A stretch of DNA of 63,583 nucleotides, filler included, from Phoronis australis (taxonomy: Eukaryota > Animalia > Phoronida), in assembly GCA_002633005.1 (NCBI GenBank). It is 8 parts of 8 records of this genome, joined end to end, with 100 filler letters (N's around TTAATTAATTAA, not from the genome) between each part and the next. Parts side by side here need not be neighbours in the genome. Positions count along the whole stretch, not along the records: positions 50,582 to 58,361 come from NMRA01001980.1; positions 58,462 to 63,583 come from NMRA01002419.1; 6 more parts are not named here. One strand, given 5' to 3'. The notes under the pieces are model-generated. The model was not told the DNA's origin and did no database searches. It worked only from the letters and a program-made list of their open reading frames with translations. The position numbers and the translations under genes were made by a program. Positions 52,590-63,583 of the stretch are shown here, in pieces. Positions within the stretch are counted from its first letter, which is position 1; each line of letters begins with the position of its first letter.

Positions 52590-52997
52590 CGCTCTAGATA
52601 TCCCGTATGCTTCTGGTCACGATCACTGGCTGTCTGGTGAACAGCTCACTTATCCTCATCGCCCAGTAAGTTCTGATCATCTTTGGTACTGGTGATGCAA
52701 CTTAGGTCAAACAAGCCGCACAAACCATCTCTTCCTGTGCTGTGCTTGAGCTCCATAACCACTATGTGGAGTAGCTCGGCATATCGCGGCTTGGCGAGGC
52801 GTAGCCTGACTCATCTGCGGCTTTACACTGATGTACTGAAGATGTTTATGGTCGTTGAACACTCACGGTTTCTTATAGACATGTTGTAACAATGAAAGTG
52901 CTCAAGTCCGAACACAACATTCAACAATTCACGTTCAAAGCTACTGTATTCTATTTCTGCCACACTTAAGTTGAAGAGAAAGTAACTGGTTGGCCGC
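52590..52997 (-). mobile_element. Ty3/Gypsy pol remnant (RNase H, possible integrase scrap)
   Basis: LSVAEIEYSSFERELLNVVFGLEHFHCY...NDHKHLQYI matches L..AE..YS..E.ELLA.VF....F..Y...TDHKPL. Confidence 0.8.
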
Positions 52998-55659
52998 TGC
53001 ACTCAATCCTTGCATTAAACTAGCAAGGTTTAAGCCTAGTTAAAATTACATGCCAATTTTGTTTAAACTGTCTAAGCTCATGCAGTGTTAAATGTAAAAT
53101 GGTGTCTGTGTTTATTCAAAATTCTCGACTGGGACGAAGCCCTAAGGGAGTCTTGACTGTTACATTCAATTCACATGATTCAGCCGGATTTGAATTGGAA
53201 TTTGTGGGTAAACTTGTGATTTCTGATTTCACCGCCTTCACAAATTGTTATTTAGTCTCATGACTCTTGTGTACCTCATATAATCACCTGTTACCATACT
53301 AACAATTTGCTGATGACACCTCAGTTCACGCTATTCAATTACCTATGTGCGATGGGGCTGAAAAAATTTGTGCTTTCACAACATAAAAAGTTAGAATTCA
53401 CTGAAAAAACAACACACATTTTTTAAGGTTCAAGAAAAAGTTTACCCTCTGTAGCAGTGCAGAAGAAAGTAAATGAAAACCAAGTTTCACATGCGGTCGG
53501 TATTTTGGTTCCCCCACGGTCGTTAGAGTTAGAGAGTCTGAAAGCCAAGGACAGTATTGGCCAAGTGTGGAAGTCAATAATTGTTTTACTATGATTACGC
53601 CCTCTAGAAGTAATTCGATCATGGAAGGAGACAATGTTTAGGCTTTCAATCGCATGTCGGCCATTCTTTCTGTGCTCTTATTGATTACTTGTAAAGAGAG
53701 GTCCTGCCCCACTTCCGGGATTTTGGAGCACTTCTGTCATCGTTCCTGGTGCCTCAGACAAGCTGCAAGAGAAATTGGTCGAAGCTTCGTACCAGTGGCG
53801 TTGAGCTGTAGGCCTTCGCCACGGAGTCTATACGATACGATCTTGAGTTTATTACGCATTTTTATTATTGCTGTGTTACTAAAAATGTGTACTCTGGAAA
53901 ATAACAATATTCATAACAAATAAACGATATTATTTTGAACACCTGTTGCGTAGTTGTCACAGCCAACATTAGAGAATGAAATAACGGGACAACTGGATTG
54001 AAAAGGGGTATTTCCGGATAAAAAGCGAGACATTTGGGTCCAAAACGCAAGGGTGCAATATTCGTCGCCGCACACAAAAACGCCACAACAGCGTTTTGTC
54101 GAACGAGATACACAACAACCAAAAGCGAAAGACGATGACGTTTTATCAGTGTTTTAGCTGAATAGAAATAGCCCTGTATGAAACGCCACGCTTTTTCTTT
54201 TTTAGTCTAACGGAAAAATAGGGGTGTGTCGCGTGGGAAATACTTATAGTATATGATATTCAATTTCGCCCTGTGTCAAAAAGCGGGACATTTTGGTGGT
54301 GTGGCGGAATGGCGTGAAAAATTCCAAAACTTGGACAATCTGCCAAGAGCGGAACAGTTGGCAAGTATACTGTACGCTGACAGTAACACAAAGTATTGGA
54401 TTGGATTCTTTTACAAGGTAAACTTTTCATTTTCTAAAATTTTATTTCAGGACTATTGGTAAATACTAGACAACATTATTGCTGAGAAATCGAATTAACA
54501 AAAAGTATCTGGGCAACATGTAAACATTGCACAAATGAATTATTATAGAAAAAAATGAAAACTGTAACAATATATGCATGCATATACACTCACACATTTA
54601 GCTATGCAAACAAAAACACGAAGATTTCTAACCTTTTTTACTTTTCATTTATAATTTGCAGAATAAACACTCAGAAACTAGGTGTCACTACTGTCCGTAA
54701 GAGACTGTAATATGATTTTTAAAACGGCCAAAATGTCTTGTTTAAAAACTCCTGATATAGTCTGACGGGTTGTCGAAAGTGGCTCTAAGACTGGAGCTGA
54801 AAAGACGCCAGTGATCAGACTATTCCCGGCATCCAGCTAGAGCCACGAATCGATGCGTATAAACATTGACCGATGTTGTTGTCGGGTTTGTTGACTAATT
54901 TTGCCGATAAAATCGCTGGTTGTCTGGAACCGTACCTCAAGAGTATCTCTTGATGAACAAAAATGACAAATGAAAGTGAAGCAATGAAATTAGGCTTGAT
55001 TTGATGTCTACAACTTTCGATAGAAACTCATTCTATCAGACAAATAGAAATTCACACAGCATACTTTTGCAGCAAGACTCGGGGTCACAAGCTCTAATAG
55101 GTCACGTGCGGGAGCTGGCATTCTATGTCTGGAATTCTATGCTCATTATAACATTTATACTTTTCCCAGAGCCGTACTGTCAATGACTGATGGTGGCTGA
55201 GAAATCCCTATGTAACATTCGGCTGCTACAACAACTGTAGTCTAAATCGATTCTCTCCACATAATTTCTCCTTTTTAACATGCTCAACATTTGAAAACGT
55301 CAAGAAAAAACAAAACATTTCATGTGACTTATATTTTCCCATTCTCGGGCCATTTGCTCAGGACAGGCGACCCTGGCAACCAGAGAGTATGCAGTTATTG
55401 ATGTCGTTGTACCCGTACGTAGATGGCGAGGTGAAAGAATGCATTCTTTGCTCACAAAGATGATTGACCAGGAATCTTATGAATAATTAGCATAAGGTTA
55501 GGTAAAATCACTACAGCGCAATTTAGGCTGTACCAAAAATAACCCCAATGCAATTATTCTAAGTTAACCGGAGACACTGTTAACAACTCTGATTCGATAC
55601 TCATGTTTTGTGCGGATACTTGTGTGTCCAAAAAACAGAAAGACCGGTCTTCAGTAAGA

Positions 55660-57800
55660 CTTAGAATCTTGCAAATCTGGCAAGATCATACAATTGAAGC
55701 GCAAAACTTTGCTAGTATTTCAAAAGTAGATGTGCGACAACGCTAACCCGCATCCGGCGCAAGGAGCCGCCACTGGTCAGCTACGTTAGACTTTGATTCA
55801 TGGGGGAGTTCATCTTAATTATATTCGGTACACGTACAAAGCAAAACCTCTCGCTTGACCAATTGTACCAAAAACTTGCCTCTACTAAGAGCACGATGAC
55901 CAACACAACTGCATGTAAAACTGTTACAAGGCCAGTGCCTTCCCAAAAAGAAACTATTACTTTTGATCAAGGCCACTGCTGTAAACTGGTCTGAACTTTA
56001 TCTTTACTCAGGAGGAGTGTTTTTGGGCTTGGAGGGAACTCAGGGTTAGTTTGAAATTGGTGGTTAACATATAGTTTAGACTTACACTACGGGCTATCTT
56101 TACAGTTTGTGGGCTTGGAGAGAACTGTTAGTTCGACATTGCTTGACACCATGCTAGACGCATAAAATGATGACCCGGCCTGATAAGCCAGCTTGTTACG
56201 ACTCCTCTCAACTAGTAATGACGAGACGCCAGTTCTTTGGAAGCCCATCACCTCTGCTTTGAAAATAGAGCAAGCTGAGACCAGTTTCATGACTGCAAGC
56301 GACCTGTTTGTTTTTATCATGGAAGGCGGGGTTTTAGCATCTTCAGTCGGACCCAATATGTCACTCCGCGACAATTAAGTAAGCGAATAGGCTTACACAT
56401 GCAGGTTATATGTAAGTAGGACTTGGCAAGCCGACGCAAATCAGGGAACATGCTGTTCCGTAGACATTACCATCTAAACTCGCTTTCTTCGGGATATGGG
56501 CTTTCAAGACTGTTTCTGAAAACCCGCTTGTTTTCAGACAAATAGGTGTCTACTTCCCGGCACAGACCAACCGTCCTTGTCAACCACGGCAGATTTGTGG
56601 CTGCGCAATAGTAGTTCCAACACTGGCATTCGGAATCGGTTTTACATCCTTGTATGCACGCTCTATTGGGGTTTACCCGCATCCACGTTAAACGTCTGCC
56701 GCTACGACTAAAAAGAAAAGGAATTTAAACAGAGAAGCATTAAAAGCTGTTGAAAATCGAGTTTCGAATTTGATCATCTGTCAAATGTTTTGGCGCTGAC
56801 TTTTCTAAATAAAATCATACCATGCCAAGCTATGATCTTAATGAACTTTTCTCTGGCTCTTGGAAGCTATGGATGCAACAATATGGAAGTGACCTAACTT
56901 CCAAGCAAATGCACTCAACATACTTGTGTTTACCCAGTTGAAGTGAACCGAAACAGAACGTTCACGTCACTTGAACGATATGTTGCATGAAAGTGAATGC
57001 AAGATAAACAAGACAAACATAGCTTTCTTCACCTACTATGCGAAATTACCGAAACGTCTTCTGCTTGACCCAAATTCAATTTCTGGTAGACACGATGAAC
57101 CGAAGACGAAAGGCAAACTCTCTTTCATAGATATTTAGTGACATTGGATTTTTTAATGAATCGTCTGAACATACACCGCACAACAATGCTAGTTGATGGC
57201 AAGATAGAAGCCATGAATTTATAAAACATGCTACCAAATCTTATTGCTATAAAAGGGCGTTTGTCCACAAGAAACTCCATCGCATTTACTGACACAGTTT
57301 ACACCAACACAGCCTTGTGGGCAAATTACGTTTGATATCCCCAAACTGAAACTCTTAGTTTGCCCCAAGCTGCCGTTCACAAACACAACATAGAAACGGG
57401 ACTATGATGGAAGTTGCATACAAAAATGTCAAGTACGCATGCTCAGGTTTGCTAACGGTGGGAGTTGTAGCAGACGTTAAGAAAGAGAAAGTGATGCTAG
57501 TTTCGCTTCTCTAGGTTGGATTTAAAGACGTTTCTTGCAGATATAACGGTTTTGATGTAGAATTTAAGGCAGTCAGCAACAGGCTAGAATCTTGTGAGTC
57601 TGTCGAAATCGCGCAAGTGTAGCGCAAGATCTTGCTAGTATTTCCAAGGTTTGCGACTTCGCTAGCTCGTCTCTGTAAAATGGCCGCTACTGATAGTGAT
57701 TGGTCAGCTACTTCAAAATCTTGGTATTATGAGGAAAAATGGTACGGAAATACGCAGGACTCACCCTACGTTTGATGCACAAAGCAAAACCTCTCAACTA
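55660..57800 (+). repeat. Pair of ~200-bp diverged direct repeats (~55660-55855 and ~57585-57795)
   Basis: Shared blocks TAGAATCTTG, TTGCTAGTATTTC, GGTCAGCTAC and ACAAAGCAAAACCTCTC. Confidence 0.65.
56467..56707 (-). CDS. Orphan terminal exon encoding a six-Cys peptide between dibasic sites
   Basis: Acceptor ttccttttctttttag. Reads RSGRR-LTWMRVNPNRACIQGCKTDSECQCWNYYCAATNLPWLTRTVGLCREVDTYLSEN-KR-VFRNSLESPYPEESEFRW*. Confidence 0.6.
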
Positions 57801-59289
57801 AGTAAAATATGCCCAATTCTCAAAATGCCTTAAAAAGGTAAAAATTCCCCTTTAAGGACTTTGATGCGATACCGGACACGCGCGTTCCACCCAGGTTATC
57901 AGTTTTTTTATTTTAGCCGTTAGCACACTGGTCAACAGTAGGCCTAAAGTTTACTGAAAAACATTGAAATGTCGAACGTTTTCTCCAAAAATTCTCTGAA
58001 AAACTTTGGATGAGTAGCGCACAGAAGACAAGAATGCGTAAAAATCAAGAATGGTCAAAATTCAGAAAAAATATTATTTAATCGAAAACTCTGGCGATAT
58101 ACGGTAAGATACTTCGGAAGTACAATTACTGTTGGTGACATTTTTTGATGCTGTAGATAATTAGTCTAATTAAAAGCAATGTTATGCAATTTTAGTGACT
58201 AGTGTATAATTAATTAAACGTATTGGTTGTTTACCAAACTTTGTAACCTCCTAGGAGTTCATGGGAAGTGATTCACCACATGTCTGTTACCAGTTGTGGG
58301 ATGTTTATAATAACAATTGTGCCTTGTTTTGAAAGTTGTGTAAATTCTCTCCCTTTTAAAGNNNNNNNNNNNNNNNNNNNNNNNNNNNNNNNNNNNNNNN
58401 NNNNNTTAATTAATTAANNNNNNNNNNNNNNNNNNNNNNNNNNNNNNNNNNNNNNNNNNNNAGGGAGTTGGAATAAAGATGGCTTCCGTCTAAGACTGTG
58501 TTTATTTTATCACATACAAAATCCGTCAACATCAACTGTGTTATAGGTTTTGATTCCACGAACTCCTAACAAAACTGTAGAAAATCATCTCTGAAAACTG
58601 GATTCTTCACAATCTTTGTCTTTCCATTTTTATAGCATGTTCTGTGGCACTTGGCTTGTTAAGCCACAAGGTTTTTATCTATTTCATTTACATATTCAGG
58701 TCTCCGGACTGAGCTGTTGCTTGCAATACAAGTCCAACAGAAAAAAAATGCTTACTGTTAACACTAATTTAACATTTAACTACGAGTGATTTGGCATATA
58801 AATTTTTCAGACGGACTTATGAGGAATTGATCCACCACCACCCTAACACATTTACATGCCGTCTGATCTATCGCCTAAAAATATAAACCATCTGACAATT
58901 AGATTAGTTGATGCGACTTTAAATAAGTCAGCTGATATACCAGTGCAGCGACTGAAATTTATTATTTTTTAATCCGATGCTCATACCATAGTCAATGGAT
59001 AATCAACGTTTGACAGGGGCTTCCTCTGTCCTCAAATTAAGACGAGGACGCGGACCACTTGGGCACTTCAATTTAATTACAATTACAACCACCTAAGTAA
59101 TTTATGTTTACGATTATGGCGGGGGACGACGGCCACTTGGGCATGTTGATTGCAACCATTTACTCCATCAAACCTTCTCAAAAACTTTGGACTTAAAGTG
59201 CCCAAAATTACACCCACAGTACAACGCCATATAATTATCCCCTAGTGCAAGCACTGTAGATTTGGGCCACTGAACGACGGACTGTTCCA

Positions 59290-59530
59290 AAAACAGGATT
59301 GCAGGAGTATTTGTTTAAACTGGGATCAAAAAAAAACATTAAAGACCTCCTAAGGCATCCCTCTATGCGCAAAAGGTACTTCTAAACAACATAATTTTGA
59401 TGGTTTAAACAGTGTGAAGCATAGTTTGCCGAAAAGCATCCGGCATTTGGAGAACGTATGGTATGGTCACCATATCTACTAGGCCAGTTGAGACTGAGCG
59501 GTGTTGTCTAAGGCATGGACAGCCTAGTGG
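59290..59530 (+). mobile_element. Possible integrase-core (IS3EU-like) transposase scrap
   Basis: QEYLFKLG and EKHPAFGERMV resemble LEYLL..GF and HPN.GE.MV of this group; very degraded. Confidence 0.3.
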
Positions 59531-62500
59531 CTGAACAAGTTAAAAACAACTGGTTATAATAATGAACACTCTTGGAAAACGCTAAGATGTACCTTTCAAA
59601 AACACATACCTGTTTTTCGAAGCTAAAAATTTGCTACTTCTTTCTCCTTCTTGAAATGTGGTCCATAATATACTTTTCCTGCTCATGTCAGAGTGCCCCA
59701 ATCTTGTTCAGGTTAATTCGGTGTCTCAGATTTTGGAAGTCTACTTGATTTACTTGGGAAACCTTTGGTAACCCCTGTGTCATTTTCAGGAGTTTCAGCT
59801 TTTACTATTACTACTGGTGTCTTGAAACGTTGCTTTGCGTTTCTATGACTTTTCAATTTTTGTTTTGACGCTTAGTCTTCAATAGCAATATAGCAGGACA
59901 TGTTTTGTTATAAGCCAGTTGGGCAAAACAGCTGTTTTCTTGCACAAACTGATCCACATAGTGCACAGTCCATCAGCATTCGTCCAAGGTTCTTCAAGTT
60001 TTGGTTATCACAACTTAGTGCTGTTTGATCATGACATAGACTATCTATGATTTGATAAACCTTGAATTATACAGGCAACACCCTCCATACAATCAGGCTT
60101 TCTGATAGGTCAATTTAATAGAAATGCGCCACCAAGTGGCAGGAATGTGCATAACATTTCTTGCAACAAAAACACCTTTAAAAATGTGCAAGTGTCTACA
60201 TGGGAACTTTTTGGAACTTGAATTATAAGTGTATTTTTAGTCACATAGAAAATTTAGTTTGCCCCCCCCNATGAATGCTATGAGATTTCGCTCACCGCCT
60301 AATGCGATTGAGCAATTACTTAACCTTAACGCAGGCACCCAGAAAAGGGTTCTTGATACAAGACCGTATTAGGTTAAGGAATATAAAGCGGCAAAACAAT
60401 GACTTCAGTTGACTCTTCTGCTGAACACTCTGATAGTGGTTTCCATTCATTTTTACATAATAAAAGTCAATGTGCCTTAACCTTGTAGATACGTGTGCGA
60501 TAGTCTAATATAGACGAAGCTATAGAAATTTGCATTAATTTCAGTTGCACGCTGAAGCCAAGAGAGTGAGCCCCGTGTTAACAAACCATCCATAGTAAAA
60601 AATGCCCGGTCTGCGGTGTACGTAAGAACCGAATCCGATTATTTCCACGATCGAATCACACCTGTGGACAATAGAGTCGTTTACTCTACAAAAGTTACAC
60701 GGATCAGCTGACACGGAACGAGTTGTTCCAGCGCAAGTATGTGTGCAAACCGGAGTTACTGAACTGAACTGGAGTAAATTGACACCGCGGTGACAAATTT
60801 TGCCTCCCGTTTGTGAGGCAGAGCAATTGGCGTTAGAACATCTTGCTACGTGTCAATTATATGTCTAAACGCGAAACTGGGGCAAGGCGGAAGGATTATT
60901 TATACTGCGCTTGTGTAATGACCTCAATACGGGTTCTTCGTCTCTTCAACTCCCGTGATTTGTAAACCTGCGCGTGTGTGATGCACTCTCCAGCCTACAA
61001 TTTCCGTCTTGCCACAGTTAGTGAGTTGTGGGTGTAAACGGACGCTTGACACCGATCAGTTTGCTCCGTGTCAGTCGCGCCGGGCCAAAAGTGGATGTCT
61101 AAACGGAGCTAATAAGTACTGTCGCTTTTTTGGCGGGGGGCATCTTATCTTCGTATCTCTTGATAGTGTAATAACCTACTTTGTATTCGGTCAACGCATT
61201 GAGGCGAGGTGGTGATATGACACGTTAAAAGTGAGTAATGGGCCATTTGTCAAAACAACAGAACGACGTAAACACTTATCGTAGACCTGCAATACTAGAA
61301 TACACGCACGAGAAATCACTTTTAATTTCAGGAAGAGAATTCATTCACCAACACTCCAAGTAACGAACTTTGAAAACAACAACTAGGTACGTTACAGTTG
61401 CCACTAAACTTTGCAACAGCGTGGAATGGGGGACTCCACTGTTTTGGCTGGCCCAGGGCGGTGTGTCTCGGGGAATTTCCGACAGTCTGAACGATTATAC
61501 CCACACCCCTTTAGACAGTTCCCACTATTAAAATGTATCTATAAGTAAACGGGAAGTTCCATGAAGCCATGCACCCTGCAGAGCTGCGCATTATCCCTTT
61601 GTACGGGTTAAACACGACCTTGGTTGACATTTTTATGATGACAAAATAAATTCTATATGGGATGTCGCCTTTAAAATTCTATTGCAAATTGTAGTTGGCT
61701 TGTCCCGGCTGGCATACCACGTATGCAGGCTTACTACCCACTGAGACCGTGACACGTTCGACCGTGGTATGAATATTGACACTTTGACTGTAGTCTAGCA
61801 TAAAACAGTTTACCTGTCGACCTCCCGAAACTTAATAGACTTCATATGAAAATTTTCAGAAACACATGGATTCTTGAAATGTTTTAACGTTAAAATTAGA
61901 ACAACGTAACTGAAATCTAAGCAGATCCTCCTACCTCATCCTTGTAAACTGATAAGACGCTCGAGTCTCTCGCATCCCAGTACTCACACACCACTTCCTC
62001 TTCGTCTGTTTGCTATTGGTGCCATTTATACCAAACACGTTCTTTAATTATAACTATCGAATTGTTAAGGTGTTTACTATGACCTGTAAACGTGGCGGTT
62101 AGTATTGTCAGATAAATCATACGATATGCATAGCACCCATGGTCAAATTCAATCGTCGGATTTTGAGTCAGTCAGATTGTAACACAGGTACAATGTCTCA
62201 GACAGTGTTATATGCAAAAACAAGTTCAGGTCTTTCTAGCTCTGAAAAATGCAGTCGTGACCAAGTTCAGTTTAAGATGCGTAATCAAGCCCTGCTGGCA
62301 AAAACTCAACCTGTCGCAACAAAAAGCCAATTGTAGCCATACAATCTTTGGTTAGTCGATATGTCCATGGGTGTCATTGGTCTACGATATGTCAAGGTTG
62401 CTGACAGGTTCGGCTGTGTATGTTGTATGAGGTGATAACAATAATCACGTTTAACAGTGACCGTCTGAGAAGACGGCCGATATACAAAAGATAACCCGAT

Positions 62501-62881
62501 TGAAAAAGTAAAGAAAGACTAGGTAAAACTGCTCTCAACGCAAGTACACTGAGCGTGTTCACATGTCCAGCATGAACTAGAAGCCTAGATCACATTAAAA
62601 CAGTGGTGGTCATTTGAGCAACATTTTAGGGTTTTGCTTGGAGACCTTGTGATTTTTTTGATAGACCGTAAAGCAGGTCAGTTTAGAAAAACAAGCAACA
62701 CTCGTTAACGCTCAAGTTGAACCGCCGAGCAAACGGTGGTATATACCTAGTGCAGCGGTGTGTACCGTGACCCTCCCGCTCATTTTATTACTGAGAGGGT
62801 CGTCAGGATGAAACCTTTACAGATCCAGAAATATTTAGTGTTACACTGTATGAACCTCCCGCCTTTCATAGATTTTACCCA

Positions 62882-63326
62882 TACCGATAATTTCCGTAGA
62901 TAAGCCCGTGGGCTTGTATTTGGAAAATGAAAAATTTCAGGCGTTTTAACAACACCAAATAAACATCCGGGCGTTTATTAGGAAAAGGGGGTGTGTAGAT
63001 AGAAACCCATAGTTTTGCTTACTTTGATTTTTACTTTAAACTACGTTTTTAAATTTTATGTTAATAAATGCATAGCTCGCCAACACCTTATTCATTTTTA
63101 TAAATGATAAATGCTTCTCAAAACTGAATTTGTGACAAAAAGTTGAGTCGCTAAATGGGCCTTTTTAACAGGAAAATTTCCAAATGAACTCCCCACTGTC
63201 GGGAAAATTGGCACCACAAGTGGTAAACCACTGAAATGCGCCCATGGGTGTGTATTCGACATAATTTTCCGAAAAAACGCCCATGGGCATTCCATCGGGT
63301 GGGCTTACCTATGGAAAATCCTGGTA
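62882..63326. mobile_element. TA-flanked MITE (Tc1/pogo-type ends)
   Basis: TACCGATAATTTCCGTAGATAAGCCC...GGGCTTACCTATGGAAAATCCTGGTA inverted ends. Confidence 0.55.
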
Positions 63327-63583
63327 ATAAAATCCATATATGCTAATTAAGTTATCAGGTGTATTCGAACGTGCGCAACGAAATCACCCTTCGCTACTGT
63401 GACTACCCTTTAGCAGTTTTGCAAAACTGTTTGGCTTGGTAGAGCTCAGCCAACATGTAGAACACCTGCTCATTTGAAATGAGCTTTTCCCAAACAAATG
63501 TGCTTCGAAAAAAGAACTTATATTGAATACTTAATAAGTTATTGCCCAGACAATATTACACTTGGTAATACATGAATTGGTAT

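Noticed and set aside
54366-54417. YWIG motif before a donor site (C-type lectin exon?)
   Set aside because: Too short, no acceptor or companion exons found, and the upstream part of the ORF appears to be a repeat end.

Overview
This is eukaryotic (invertebrate-animal-like) draft genome DNA, AT-rich and dense in repeats. It is not a continuous locus. Seven artificial 100-bp linkers (44 N + TTAATTAATTAA + 44 N) join eight unrelated pieces, and the first piece also holds a 726-N gap. The only confidently identified host gene is the 3' end of NIPBL/Nipped-B (cohesin loader), four minus-strand exons between 11957 and 6815; it has a non-vertebrate C-terminal tail. Other host-like coding pieces are the end of an olfactomedin domain, cut by a contig end, and two orphan Cys-rich exons. 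There is also a candidate spliced non-coding transcript. Most remaining recognisable sequence is decayed transposons: Kolobok (with a KolX/P2X7-tail-like pseudogene), HERO-like non-LTR RT, hAT, an ISL2EU-like THAP/SWIM element, Penelope GIY-YIG, Gypsy RNase H, a solo LTR, a tRNA-derived SINE and several MITE families. I see no CRISPR, rRNA, intact tRNA or prokaryote-type system. The best lead is an AF9/ENL-binding-like motif (LKIVIPLAKV) in the NIPBL last exon. All family assignments come from motifs recognised by eye, not from database searches.
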